From positions 1,024,001 to 1,088,000 of the forward strand of contig CAVYGN010000002.1 of assembly GCA_963768055.1 (NCBI GenBank): 64,000 bases of DNA, written 5' to 3'. The notes beneath the pieces were generated by a model. That model was not told the origin of the DNA. It made no database searches and saw only the letters and a list, made by a program, of their open reading frames with translations. The DNA is from an uncultured Spirochaetota bacterium. GTDB lineage: Bacteria; Spirochaetota; Brevinematia; Brevinematales; JAOACQ01. Positions 43,174 to 52,899 of this stretch are shown here, one piece after another (position 1 is the stretch's first letter; the number at the start of each line of letters is the position of its first letter). The position numbers and the translations under genes were made by a program.

Positions 43174-44643
43174 ATGAAAATTCGTTTAAAATCACTTGTA
43201 CAGCTTTTTTCATTAATATTCATAGATCTCGCGGCATATTACATATGCCTGTTCCTGGCGGTTTTCATCGAGCTCAATCTTAAACTGCTCTTTAATTTTA
43301 ATTATATTTTCAGCAGGGACAATTTTTCCGGTTTCCTGTTCAGTTTTAATTATTTATTCTCCCTATGGTGGATACCGCTTTCTTATATTATTGTTCTTTA
43401 TTTTGAAAAGATGTATATGGCGCGATACCCTTTCTGGGAAGAATCCAGGGTAATTTTCAAATCTGTGACGATAGCGGTATTATTTGTGTTCCTGACTATA
43501 ACAGTGAGGAATTTTCTTGGAAACATCCCGAGGACTTTCCTGTTATATCTCTGGTTTTTCCTTATTTTTATCCTGCCGTTCGTGCGTTACAGGGGTAAAA
43601 AGCTCCTTTTCAAGATAGGTTTATGGAAAGAATCTGTATTGATCATCGGACTGAGCGAAAGGGCTATCAGCGCGGTCGAGGGTTTAACCAAAGAGGAACA
43701 ACTTGGATATTCTGTAATAGGTTTCCTGGTTGATACGCCCTCCGATAAAAAATCAGTTGAGATCCGGGGAAAAACATATAAAATTTATACGGGTATTAAA
43801 AACATTGGAAAATTCGTGAAATTGCTTAAAATTGAAACCGTCTTTATCGCAGACCCCTACATAGACGAAAAGGAGCTTACAGAATTCATAAACGAAATAT
43901 ACAAGCATGTGAAAAGGGTCGTAATTATTCCTAATATAAAGGGAGTCGCGATCTTCAATTCCGAACTTCATTACCTGTTTATGGAAAAATTATTTCTGAT
44001 CCAGGTCAACAATAACCTTAATTCAATACCCAACATGTCGGCTAAGAGGTTTTTTGATTTTGCAGGAGCGGCGATCGGATTTATAATCATTCTTCCTTTT
44101 TTTCTTATAATAGCGTTGCTTGTAAAATTGACGTCTAAAGGGAGCGTTTTTTTTATTCAAAAGAGGATCGGCAGGCATGGAAGGGAGTTTAATATCTTTA
44201 AATTCAGGACGATGTATGTCAATGCCGACAAGAGGCTTAATAATATACTGCAGGTTAATCCCGGAGCTCAAAAGGAGTGGGAGGAGAATTTCAAGCTTAA
44301 AAACGATCCCCGTACTACTCCGATAGGGAAATTTCTTAGAAGAATGAGCATTGATGAATGGCCCCAGTTGTTCAACATCTTACTGGGAGAAATGAGCCTT
44401 GTCGGCCCGCGTCCTGTGATAATGGAAGAAATCGATAAATATTATGGAAATTTCAAGCAGTATTACTATTCAGTCCGTCCAGGCCTTGCCGGATTATGGC
44501 AGGTGAGCGGCAGAAGCGATACGGACTATTCGTTCAGGGTCCAGACAGATGTTTGGTATGTGCAGAATTGGTCGATATGGCTCGATATCACAATTATTTT
44601 TAAGGCAGTGGCCGTTGTTATAAAGAAAGAGGGGGCTTATTAA
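43174..44643 (+). CDS. wbaP: Undecaprenyl-phosphate sugar phosphotransferase (WbaP-like)
   Basis: KRFFD, KFRTM, DPR, SIDEWPQL, GEMSLVGPRP, PGLAGLWQVSGRS. Confidence 0.88.
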   Translation: MKIRLKSLVQLFSLIFIDLAAYYICLFLAVFIELNLKLLFNFNYIFSRDNFSGFLFSFNYLFSLWWIPLSYIIVLYFEKMYMARYPFWEESRVIFKSVTIAVLFVFLTITVRNFLGNIPRTFLLYLWFFLIFILPFVRYRGKKLLFKIGLWKESVLIIGLSERAISAVEGLTKEEQLGYSVIGFLVDTPSDKKSVEIRGKTYKIYTGIKNIGKFVKLLKIETVFIADPYIDEKELTEFINEIYKHVKRVVIIPNIKGVAIFNSELHYLFMEKLFLIQVNNNLNSIPNMSAKRFFDFAGAAIGFIIILPFFLIIALLVKLTSKGSVFFIQKRIGRHGREFNIFKFRTMYVNADKRLNNILQVNPGAQKEWEENFKLKNDPRTTPIGKFLRRMSIDEWPQLFNILLGEMSLVGPRPVIMEEIDKYYGNFKQYYYSVRPGLAGLWQVSGRSDTDYSFRVQTDVWYVQNWSIWLDITIIFKAVAVVIKKEGAY

Positions 44644-44649
44644 GTTATC

Positions 44650-44676
44650 TCAATCTTTTCCGCTTTTTGCCGATTT
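44650..44676 (+). promoter_or_regulatory. Possible sigma-28 promoter
   Basis: TCAA-N15-GCCGATTT just upstream of 44698. Confidence 0.4.
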
Positions 44677-44697
44677 TATAGAAAGCGGGAGTTTTTT

Positions 44698-45321
44698 ATG
44701 AAGGAAACAGCCGTTTCAATCATTCTGGCGGTACTGATATCGTCTATTTCATATTCTGGACCCAGGGATTTCGGATACCAGCCGATGCACCAGAAAATCC
44801 ATTATAAGGAAGATTTCTATCGACTGTATAATGAATGGCTCTATTCCGACCCGGATTCGATCAGCCGGAACATTTATTTCCTTGAAATGGCCGAGGTTGT
44901 TCCATTCGACAATCCGATCAAAGCGCTCACTCCCATAACCAACGATATGCAGTATGAGAGATATAAAAATCTATTGATGATGCATATCTGCTCCCTCCTT
45001 ACAAAAGGATATATCGATTACGGATATCTTTATATGAAGGAGCATATTTATTTCTTTAACGCCGAATATAAAAAAGATTACCTGGACGGTTACGATATCG
45101 CAGAATATTATTTCCATCATGCGAAAAATTATTGGGATAAAACGATCGAATACGCTAACAGCGCCGATAAAATTAGGGGTTTCAAGACAGATATGATATA
45201 TATCGAAGATGAACTTTTCAAAATTCAAAACGGGGGGCTTGACTACTATAAAGTAGTTGATAACCTTCTAGGCCGTATCGACAATAACCGCAAAATCTTA
45301 GCCGGAATATCCAATTATTGA
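44698..45321 (+). CDS. Hypothetical secreted protein
   Basis: 207-aa ORF with signal peptide. Confidence 0.7.
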   Translation: MKETAVSIILAVLISSISYSGPRDFGYQPMHQKIHYKEDFYRLYNEWLYSDPDSISRNIYFLEMAEVVPFDNPIKALTPITNDMQYERYKNLLMMHICSLLTKGYIDYGYLYMKEHIYFFNAEYKKDYLDGYDIAEYYFHHAKNYWDKTIEYANSADKIRGFKTDMIYIEDELFKIQNGGLDYYKVVDNLLGRIDNNRKILAGISNY

Positions 45322-45327
45322 TTATTA

Positions 45328-45377
45328 TTGACATAATACTACGGACGTAGTAAAATAATAATACTACGAATGTAGTA
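45328..45377 (+). promoter_or_regulatory. degP sigma-70 promoter with two palindromic operators
   Basis: TTGACA-N17-TAAAAT; TACTACGGACGTAGTA (45337-45352) and TACTACGAATGTAGTA (45362-45377). Confidence 0.8.
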
Positions 45378-45465
45378 GTATCCGGGGGCCGACCTTGATT
45401 ATTAATGGCAGGATTATTATATTAATTTTAGCCAATTAAAATAATTGCAATTTAGGAGGACAACT

Positions 45466-46953
45466 ATGAAAGGCTCGAAAAAAGCGGTGACCGTTTCATT
45501 GTTTGCTGTGCTTATAGCAGGGCTGGTGTTCTTTATATCGTGCAATACGATATTTCCCAAGGTATTGAATTATCAGACTCAAAATAAGCAGCTTGAAAGC
45601 GCGGATGGAATGGACCTTCTGGTTAAACTGCAGAACGTATACAGGAGTGTAGCTAAAGCAATTATGCCGGCTGTTGTTATGATCAGCGTTGAAAGCGAGC
45701 AGACTGTAGAAAATCCCTACAGTGAATTCTTCAACGATCCCTTTTTCAGGAGATTTTTCGGGGAAGACAACATGGGGCCCAGGCAATACAAGCAAAAATT
45801 ACAGATGGTCGGTTCAGGGTTTATAGTCACTAAAGACGGATATCTTTTCAGCAATTACCATGTCGTGAGAAACGCAACAAAGGTTGAAGTTACTTTAGCC
45901 GATAACAGGAAGTTCAAGGCTAAAGTTGTAGGCGTCGATGCCGACACCGATGTGGCGCTTTTGAAGATTAACGGGGACAATCTGCCGGTAATTCCCCTTG
46001 GTGATTCCGGCGAGGTACAGGTCGGCGATCTTGTGATCGCAGTGGGCAGTCCGTTCGGTTTAAGCGGGACTTACACGACCGGGGTCGTCAGCGCTATCGG
46101 AAGGCCGGGCCTGAATTCGGGTTTCCAGCATTTTATACAGACTGACGCTGCGATTAATCCCGGTAATTCGGGTGGACCTCTTATCAATATAAAAGGGCAG
46201 GTAATAGCTATAAATACGGCCATACAGTCCCAGAGCGGCGGTTTTCAGGGAATAGGCTATTCGATCCCGATAAATATTGTTAAAAATGTAGTCGACCAGA
46301 TACAGGAGCATGGAAAAGTCGAACGCGGATATTTGGGGATAAGCATAACCGCTATAGATTCCACATCCAGGAAACTATTAGGCCTTACAGAAAATGAAGG
46401 CGTCATGGTTTCGAAGGTTGAAAAGGGAAGCTCGGCTGATAAAGCCGGAATTAAGAGCGGGGATATAATCATCTCTGTTAACGGTAATTCTGTCGGCAAT
46501 CCTGACAATCTTCAGGAAGCGATAGGTGAACAGTCTCCGGGCACAGTCGTGCAGCTCCAGGTATTACGCGACAAGAAAAAAATGGAATTCGGCGTAAAAC
46601 TCAACGAAAGACCGGGCATAGTTGCCGGTAATAACGGCGGCGGGGAGAATAAATCAGAACCCCAGAAAGAGGGTGAAACCTATGAATTTTTAGGTGTAAC
46701 TTTCAGCGACACTCCCCAGGACTTGCTTGATAAGAACGGCGCCGAATTCGGAGTTCTTGTCGATTCCGTTAAAGATAGCAGCGCTTTATCCGGTGTTCTG
46801 GCCGAAGGGCAGATAATCGCCGGAATAAACGGGACGCCGGTCAAAAGCCTGAAAGATCTCAAAACCTTCGCGGATAGCAATAAGAACGCCAAGGCTTTTA
46901 CATTTTTGATAATCCAGGACGGTATGATGCTCTACCGGGGGATAGAAAAATAA
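45466..46953 (+). CDS. degP: DegP/HtrA serine protease with two PDZ domains
   Basis: GSGFI, SNYHVV, DVALL, QTDAAINPGNSGGPL. Confidence 0.93.
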   Translation: MKGSKKAVTVSLFAVLIAGLVFFISCNTIFPKVLNYQTQNKQLESADGMDLLVKLQNVYRSVAKAIMPAVVMISVESEQTVENPYSEFFNDPFFRRFFGEDNMGPRQYKQKLQMVGSGFIVTKDGYLFSNYHVVRNATKVEVTLADNRKFKAKVVGVDADTDVALLKINGDNLPVIPLGDSGEVQVGDLVIAVGSPFGLSGTYTTGVVSAIGRPGLNSGFQHFIQTDAAINPGNSGGPLINIKGQVIAINTAIQSQSGGFQGIGYSIPINIVKNVVDQIQEHGKVERGYLGISITAIDSTSRKLLGLTENEGVMVSKVEKGSSADKAGIKSGDIIISVNGNSVGNPDNLQEAIGEQSPGTVVQLQVLRDKKKMEFGVKLNERPGIVAGNNGGGENKSEPQKEGETYEFLGVTFSDTPQDLLDKNGAEFGVLVDSVKDSSALSGVLAEGQIIAGINGTPVKSLKDLKTFADSNKNAKAFTFLIIQDGMMLYRGIEK

Positions 46954-46977
46954 TAAGTAATGGTTTAACAAATCGGC

Positions 46978-47008
46978 CGGGCCGGGGTTTATCCTGGCCC
47001 GTTTTTTT
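46978..47008 (+). terminator. Rho-independent terminator between convergent degP and rnhB
   Basis: CGGGCCGGGG-TTTA-TCCTGGCCCG followed by a T7 tract. Confidence 0.8.
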
Positions 47009-47612
47009 ATTTAACCGTGAATGTCTTCCTGTGATAGGGTGAAAAGCCGAATTTACGGATAGCTTCCCTGTGGTCCGCAGTACCATATCCCTTGTTTTTA
47101 TCCCATCCGTAAACGGGATATTCTTCATGGAGCCTGTCCATAATACTGTCTCTGGAGACTTTAGCGATTATTGAAGCTGCGGCTATGCTGAAACTCTTTT
47201 GATCGCCCTTTATTATTGTTTTTACGGGTATGTCGAGCTGGAGAGGCACCGCGTCGATAAGGACATAGTCGGGTTTGATTGAAAGCCCTCTGACAGCCTC
47301 ATGCATGGAAAGCTTTGTCGCTTCGAGAATGTTTATTCTGTCAATGGTTTCGTTATCGATAATTCCTACTCCATAGCAGGAACAATTTTCAATAATAAGT
47401 CTATACAGGAAGCTTCTTCTGGACGCCGTAAGGGCTTTTGAATCGTATACACCCTCGACAACTTTATAGGGATTAAAAATTACACAGGCAGATACTACAG
47501 GCCCGGCCAGGGGGCCCCTGCCTGCTTCGTCCATACCCGCTATATTCCGGTACCCGTTCCGCCAGAGGTCTTTTTCCGTGTCGATTATGCTCTGAACCGG
47601 AGGGACAGGCAT
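47007..47612 (-). CDS. rnhB: Ribonuclease HII
   Basis: GMDEAGRGPLAGPV, DSK, IAAASIIAKV. Confidence 0.96.
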   Translation of the reverse strand: MPVPPVQSIIDTEKDLWRNGYRNIAGMDEAGRGPLAGPVVSACVIFNPYKVVEGVYDSKALTASRRSFLYRLIIENCSCYGVGIIDNETIDRINILEATKLSMHEAVRGLSIKPDYVLIDAVPLQLDIPVKTIIKGDQKSFSIAAASIIAKVSRDSIMDRLHEEYPVYGWDKNKGYGTADHREAIRKFGFSPYHRKTFTVK

Positions 47613-48064
47613 TATACTTTTTCAGTAATGACAGCCGATTTGCCGAAACGCCCGCGGAGATAATAAATTTTAGATCTCCTGACGCGTCCTCTTCTGATGA
47701 GATCGATTTTATCTATGTAAGGCGAATAAAAAGGAAAAACCCTTTCTATCGCCACTCCATAACTTATCCTTCTTACAATAAAACTCTTTCTGATTCCGGC
47801 GTGTCTGATTGCAAGAACGACCCCTTCATAAGGCTGTACCCTGTGTTTGTCCCCCTCGATTATCTTTACAAAGACTTTTACAGTATCGCCTACATTGAAC
47901 GCGGGATATTTACCCGCATTATGCTGAAGGTCGAGAAAGGACTTTTCGATTGTTTCGATCGAATTCTTTATTTTTTTTTCAGCGACAACCGCTTCTTCTT
48001 TATCAGGAATCGATTCTTCTTTTTGGGGCTGGGTATTTTCTTCGGTTTTAATTTCGTCTGCCAT
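47612..48064 (-). CDS. rplS: 50S ribosomal protein L19
   Basis: FNVGDTVKV, VRRISYGV, GRVRRSKIYYLR. Confidence 0.95.
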   Translation of the reverse strand: MADEIKTEENTQPQKEESIPDKEEAVVAEKKIKNSIETIEKSFLDLQHNAGKYPAFNVGDTVKVFVKIIEGDKHRVQPYEGVVLAIRHAGIRKSFIVRRISYGVAIERVFPFYSPYIDKIDLIRRGRVRRSKIYYLRGRFGKSAVITEKV

Positions 48065-48860
48065 GCTTCCACTCCTTAGAAATATTTTGTATAGTCAACA
48101 GGAAATCCTTCATCTGCTCATTTATCCGCCTTAGCTTTTTTAGCGGGTCTGTCGTTTCTCCGGTATTATATTCAGGGTTGTAGCTTAACAGGAGATCTAT
48201 CCTGTTATTATACGTTTTTTTCAGGCTGCTCTTAAAACGCGCAGTTCTAATCCGTTCATGATCCCCGCTTCTTAGCACTTCCGGGACGCTGCGGCCCATG
48301 AAATCCAGCGGTTCTGTATAATGATCGTATTCGAGCAGGCCGAATTCAAAACTTTCGTCATTCTTTGAATTTTCTTTTATCGAGCCTTCAAGAAAACGCG
48401 TTACGGAATCTAAAACAGCCAGGGCCGGAATTTCCCCTCCGGTCAGTATGTAATCTCCTATGGAAATTTCATCATCTACCGCGGTTTCAACGATCCTGGA
48501 ATCAATCCCCTCGTATCTTGCGCATATAAGTATCAAACTTCGCTCTTTCGAGAGTCTTTTCGCTTCACCCGAGTCTAATTTTCTCCCTCCGGGTGTCATA
48601 TAAATAACACGGCTCCCGGGGTATCTTTCTTTTATATCCTGAATGGCTTTATAAATAGGCTCCGGTCGGAAAAGCATCCCTTTCCCGTGCCCGAATATCC
48701 CTTCGTCTATCCGGCCGTCTCCGTTTTTGGAGGTGGAAAAATCTCTTAGATTTACCACATTAACATCTAATATCCCCCGGTTAATAGCCTTTGAAATAAT
48801 ACCAAACCGGAGATATTCCGTTATCATTTCCGGAAAAATGGTAACGATATTGAAAATCAC
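48048..48860 (-). CDS. trmD: tRNA (guanine-N1)-methyltransferase
   Basis: RYEGID, SIGDYILTGGE, ESF, VPEVLRSGDH. Confidence 0.95.
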   Translation of the reverse strand: MIFNIVTIFPEMITEYLRFGIISKAINRGILDVNVVNLRDFSTSKNGDGRIDEGIFGHGKGMLFRPEPIYKAIQDIKERYPGSRVIYMTPGGRKLDSGEAKRLSKERSLILICARYEGIDSRIVETAVDDEISIGDYILTGGEIPALAVLDSVTRFLEGSIKENSKNDESFEFGLLEYDHYTEPLDFMGRSVPEVLRSGDHERIRTARFKSSLKKTYNNRIDLLLSYNPEYNTGETTDPLKKLRRINEQMKDFLLTIQNISKEWKHGRRN

Positions 48861-48870
48861 TTGCTTCTCT

Positions 48871-49380
48871 CTATAAAAGTTCTTCTAAATTCCTGGCGGT
48901 AATCGCCTTATTTTTTATATCGACTTCCATTATGTATTTATCGCTAAAAGGTACAGCCAATTCCCTGTTATTGGGAAGTTTTATTATCAGCATAGCCTTG
49001 CTGGCTATCATCAGAACGTTTGAAATCTTACCGATCAGGGCAGATTTTTCGTAAACTTCGGTGCCGTATAAATCTTTTATATAAAATGAGTTTCCTTTTA
49101 ACTCCGGAATTTCTTCCTGATCGACGAATATTTCCCGGTTACTCATCATTTCAGACGAGTTTCTATCGTCGCATCCGCCGATCTTAACGATAGTATGCCC
49201 CATCTGTTCTGTAATTTTCTCGAAAACTATCTCCTGGAAATTTAAATCATCGATTTTAGTCTTTATATAAAAATGCGAATAATCTTTGAGTTCCTGTAAG
49301 CTGTCTATGTAAAAAATCGCTTTTATAAGGCCTTTCAAACCGTATGGTTTGATAAGCTTACCTATCAACAGGGCATTCAT
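48871..49380 (-). CDS. rimM: 16S rRNA processing protein RimM
   Basis: IGKLIKPYGLKG, FYIKDLYG; canonical operon position. Confidence 0.9.
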   Translation of the reverse strand: MNALLIGKLIKPYGLKGLIKAIFYIDSLQELKDYSHFYIKTKIDDLNFQEIVFEKITEQMGHTIVKIGGCDDRNSSEMMSNREIFVDQEEIPELKGNSFYIKDLYGTEVYEKSALIGKISNVLMIASKAMLIIKLPNNRELAVPFSDKYIMEVDIKNKAITARNLEELL

Positions 49381-49385
49381 ATGCG

Positions 49386-49622
49386 CTAATCCAGGATTTC
49401 AAGGATTACCCTTCGTCCGTTTTTAACCGATACGGCGTTGACAATGGTCCTGATTGACTTGGCTATCACTCCATGCCGTCCAATAACTTTTCCGACTTCA
49501 CCAGCGCCGACTTTTAATTCAAGTATGGTAGATTTCTCACCGTCTACGACGTTGATGCTGACAGCAGAAGGATCGTCCACGAGGCTCTGTACAATTAATT
49601 CGACGATTTCTTTCTCTTTCAT
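49386..49622 (-). CDS. khpA: KH-domain RNA-binding protein
   Basis: GKVIGRHG; lies between rpsP and rimM. Confidence 0.88.
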   Translation of the reverse strand: MKEKEIVELIVQSLVDDPSAVSINVVDGEKSTILELKVGAGEVGKVIGRHGVIAKSIRTIVNAVSVKNGRRVILEILD

Positions 49623-49626
49623 AGAG

Positions 49627-49875
49627 TTATGCTCCTGCTTTACGCATTCTCCTGGCTATGTCCCTGACTATATTGCTGACCTTTGCCCCTTTATTAATCC
49701 ACTCGTCGTATTTTTGAAGATCGATATTGGTATTGCTGGAATCTTCGATCGGCTGGTAATGTCCAAGACAGTCAATATATGCCCCGTCACGCGGATCGCG
49801 GCTGTCCAGAACGACTATGCGGTAATAAGGCCTTTTGGATTTTCCAATTCTATTTAACCTGATATGAGCGGCCAA
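49627..49875 (-). CDS. rpsP: 30S ribosomal protein S16
   Basis: IRLNRIG...PYYRIVV.DSR.PRDG. Confidence 0.96.
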   Translation of the reverse strand: MAAHIRLNRIGKSKRPYYRIVVLDSRDPRDGAYIDCLGHYQPIEDSSNTNIDLQKYDEWINKGAKVSNIVRDIARRMRKAGA

Positions 49876-49969
49876 TGGATTCCTCCCATGATAAAAATCG
49901 AGTTACTATTATAAATTTATGAGATGCCTTTGTCAAATCTTTTGCCTGATTATGATTGGGGACCTCTCA

Positions 49970-50223
49970 AACAATATTATAATCTTTCTTGAACCAATTT
50001 TTTTATCTCACGGGATTCAGAAGCTTGAACTGTAGCGGCTCAAACGGCGGCAAGCGTTGATTGAATTCTTTTTAATAAAAAATATTTTTATTCTCTATAT
50101 GAATTGATTAAATACAATGACCGGTTAAGTATAAACGCCTGCTTTCGCCGTTTTTCGCCGGCAGTTCTATCGCTTCTTCATAAGGTTCGATAAAAAAATT
50201 GGTTCATAGAGCATAATATTGTT
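49970..50223. repeat. Palindromic dispersed element of about 255 bp (MITE-like), copy 2
   Basis: AACAATATTAT...TGAACCAATTTTTTTATC / GATAAAAAAATTGGTTCA...ATAATATTGTT; homologous to 36356-36620 in inverted orientation. Confidence 0.75.
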
Positions 50224-50261
50224 ATGAATTCGGTGAAAAAGGGTTAGAGCGACAGACTTCT

Positions 50262-51191
50262 TCAGGAAGGTATTTTCAATATATCCGCCGCGCTGCCGGC
50301 ATGGAAAAAATAGCCTGATTCCCCATGATAATAACGGTCGAGAGGCCGTGGAACCGGCTCTGTGAAAATGCTCATCAGTTTTTTTGCAAAAGAAACATCT
50401 ATCGTATGTCCGCCCTTAAATACAATGATAAAACCTTTTATATCGAAGTTAAGAAGGGCTAAACTGCCTATCAAATCAAGGATTTTATGCCTTACAGGTT
50501 CGTCATGAAAACGCGAGGAGTTAAGGATCTTGTTTTCCTTTTTGCTGAAAGCCTGAACATTGTCAAATGTAACGCCTCTGACGAGGCCGCTTTTCTGGTA
50601 ATTTTCAAGATCTTCCACAAAACCGAAGGTTCGGGCGCCGCAGATATCCTTTATGAAGATTTCGGTTGAAATTTCAGTATTGAAAGTCTGAGTTCCTATC
50701 GGCGAACCTGGAAAGGAAATCGTATAGCTTATCTTGAACCCGTTGTAAGGCAGGGCCACTATATATTTGTCCGAAAGGGTTGCCCAGATAGGATTTATAA
50801 TCATAAATTCCTCGCGGTCCCTGTCTTGTTCTATGACACCTGTTTTAATAAGTCCCTCCACGAAAAACTTTGCGCTTCCGTCAAGGATGGGTATTTCATT
50901 TGAACTGCATTCAATTATGCAGTTATCGATATGGCAGGCATATAGAGCCGATACAAGATGTTCAACCGTCTTTATTACCACCTTGCCGTTGGATATAGCT
51001 ATATTATTCTGAGTATCAACGATATTCTCAATGCTGTAAGGGATAAATTCTTTTGCAGACGGGGTTTTGCTTAAAAATAAAAGGCCGGTATCTTCCGGGG
51101 CGGGTTTAAGAGTTATCCGGCACTCATGCCCGCTATGCAGGCCTGTTCCCTTGAAATCTATGCTGGTTTTCAATGTACACTGTTTTCTCAT
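50262..51191 (-). CDS. lpxC: UDP-3-O-acyl-GlcNAc deacetylase
   Basis: GTGLHSG, TVEHL, PILDGSA, ARTFG, HKILD, GGH. Confidence 0.88.
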   Translation of the reverse strand: MRKQCTLKTSIDFKGTGLHSGHECRITLKPAPEDTGLLFLSKTPSAKEFIPYSIENIVDTQNNIAISNGKVVIKTVEHLVSALYACHIDNCIIECSSNEIPILDGSAKFFVEGLIKTGVIEQDRDREEFMIINPIWATLSDKYIVALPYNGFKISYTISFPGSPIGTQTFNTEISTEIFIKDICGARTFGFVEDLENYQKSGLVRGVTFDNVQAFSKKENKILNSSRFHDEPVRHKILDLIGSLALLNFDIKGFIIVFKGGHTIDVSFAKKLMSIFTEPVPRPLDRYYHGESGYFFHAGSAADILKIPS

Positions 51192-51250
51192 TAGCTCGCT
51201 CCATATATTGCCGGAATTCCAATAATTTTATTGAAATTATATTTATATGC

Positions 51251-51266
51251 TGCAAATATCGTGCCA
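51251..51266 (-). promoter_or_regulatory. Sigma-54 (-24/-12) promoter upstream of lpxC
   Basis: Minus strand reads TGGCACGATATTTGCA, a consensus match 60 bp upstream of the ATG. Confidence 0.75.
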
Positions 51267-51335
51267 CAATAATATTAGCATTATGCTTGTTTTAAATGAA
51301 GATAAGAATGCGCAGGGAGTATATAGTCATATAAT

Positions 51336-51755
51336 TCAGACACCCTGCTGTTTTTTTGAGTGGCTTTTAATATAATCTTCAAGGATTTTTTGAGCCGCAA
51401 ATTTATCCAGTGAGGCCTTGATTTTTTTTTCATTAATGCCCATCGATTTAAGAAGGCTTAAAGAATAAACCGTGCTGTATTCTTCGTTCTGAAAATCTAT
51501 TTCCAGCCCTAAATTGCTCTTTATTTTTTCTGAAAACGCCAGGACTTCCCGTGATGCTTCCTCATATTTCTCGGAATAGGGATATCCTATAATAATCTTT
51601 CCAACCCTGTTATCGTCGCATATTTTTTTTAATTCATTTATAAGAGAGGAATTGTTAAGCAGGACGGAGAACGGGCTTGATAAAATTTGTAATTCATCGG
51701 ATATAGCCAGGCCGATCCTTTTTCTACCGTAATCTATCCCGAGTATCCTAGGCAT
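51336..51755 (-). CDS. ruvX: YqgF/RuvX family nuclease
   Basis: ILGIDYGRKRIGLAISD. Confidence 0.9.
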   Translation of the reverse strand: MPRILGIDYGRKRIGLAISDELQILSSPFSVLLNNSSLINELKKICDDNRVGKIIIGYPYSEKYEEASREVLAFSEKIKSNLGLEIDFQNEEYSTVYSLSLLKSMGINEKKIKASLDKFAAQKILEDYIKSHSKKQQGV

Positions 51756-52899
51756 AGGAAATCCTTTCCAGGATCATCTTCGCCACCCTTTCTACAACTT
51801 TTTCATCTCCGAGCGATTTCCTGATTTCGTTGAAGCAGGTTTCCAGATTTTGTTTTGCGTCTTCGTCCGGATATAAGAATGCAAGGGTCTCTTTAACCAT
51901 GTTATCAGGCCTGCATTCCCTTTGCAGAAGTTCAGGAAAAAATTTTTTTTTCAGCAGGATATTCGGAAGTCCTATCATTTTGTCTTTTATAACTATCCTG
52001 CCAATTAGATAAGTCAGCCATGAGATTTTATAACAAATGACCGGAGGCCTTCGGAGGAGCGCCGACTCGAGGGAGGCTGTACCGGAGGCCATAATATTGA
52101 CATCGGCCATCCTTACGGCATTCCAGGAGTCATTCCTGATAATTTTTATTTTATTTTCAAGTCCGTGTTTTTTGATCTTTTTTAAGATAATTTTTTCGAA
52201 ATCCGGATGAGAAATCGGAAGAATGACTTTTATTCCATGCTTTTCAATAAGCATCTTTGCCGCTTTAAGCATAGGGGAAGTAAGAGCCTCGATTTCCTGG
52301 TGCCTGCTTCCAGGCATAATAGATACAATTTTTTTGCCACCATCAAAACCGTACTTTTCATATATTTCTTTTAACGGAGGCAAATCAGCAGCCTTGTCAA
52401 GGAGCGGATGGCCGGAAAAAACAGCATTACCCTTGTATTCTTTGTATATAAGATAATCCTGATAGAATGGGACTATAATAAGATCGATATTGCGAGCCAT
52501 GACACGCGCATTCCATTTTCCCCATACGGAGACATGCGGCGGAAAATAATATATGTTTGTTGTGCCTGTTTTTTTTGCTCTTTTCGCGAGAGGTATATTG
52601 AAACCCTGGTTATCAATAAGCAAAAGATATTTTATTCCATTATTAATGATATATCTTATGCCGGATAATAATAAAGAGAACTTTTTTTTTAAAAACCGGG
52701 CCGATTCGACAAATCCTTCCGAACTCAAGGTGGAAACGTCTTCCGAGATACTTGTCATCCCGGCCGCCGCCATATTCGGACCGCCCATCCCGACAAAACG
52801 GACCGAAGGGTCCATTTCCTTTATTTTTTTTATCAGATCGGCCGCATGGATATCGCCCGATACTTCGCCGGCCGAAACAAAAATGGTCTTATTCACCAT
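51748..52899 (-). CDS. lpxB: Lipid-A-disaccharide synthase
   Basis: AGEVSGD, GHPL, MPGSRHQE, ASGTASLE, LPNI, PELLQ. Confidence 0.92.
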   Translation of the reverse strand: MVNKTIFVSAGEVSGDIHAADLIKKIKEMDPSVRFVGMGGPNMAAAGMTSISEDVSTLSSEGFVESARFLKKKFSLLLSGIRYIINNGIKYLLLIDNQGFNIPLAKRAKKTGTTNIYYFPPHVSVWGKWNARVMARNIDLIIVPFYQDYLIYKEYKGNAVFSGHPLLDKAADLPPLKEIYEKYGFDGGKKIVSIMPGSRHQEIEALTSPMLKAAKMLIEKHGIKVILPISHPDFEKIILKKIKKHGLENKIKIIRNDSWNAVRMADVNIMASGTASLESALLRRPPVICYKISWLTYLIGRIVIKDKMIGLPNILLKKKFFPELLQRECRPDNMVKETLAFLYPDEDAKQNLETCFNEIRKSLGDEKVVERVAKMILERISYA

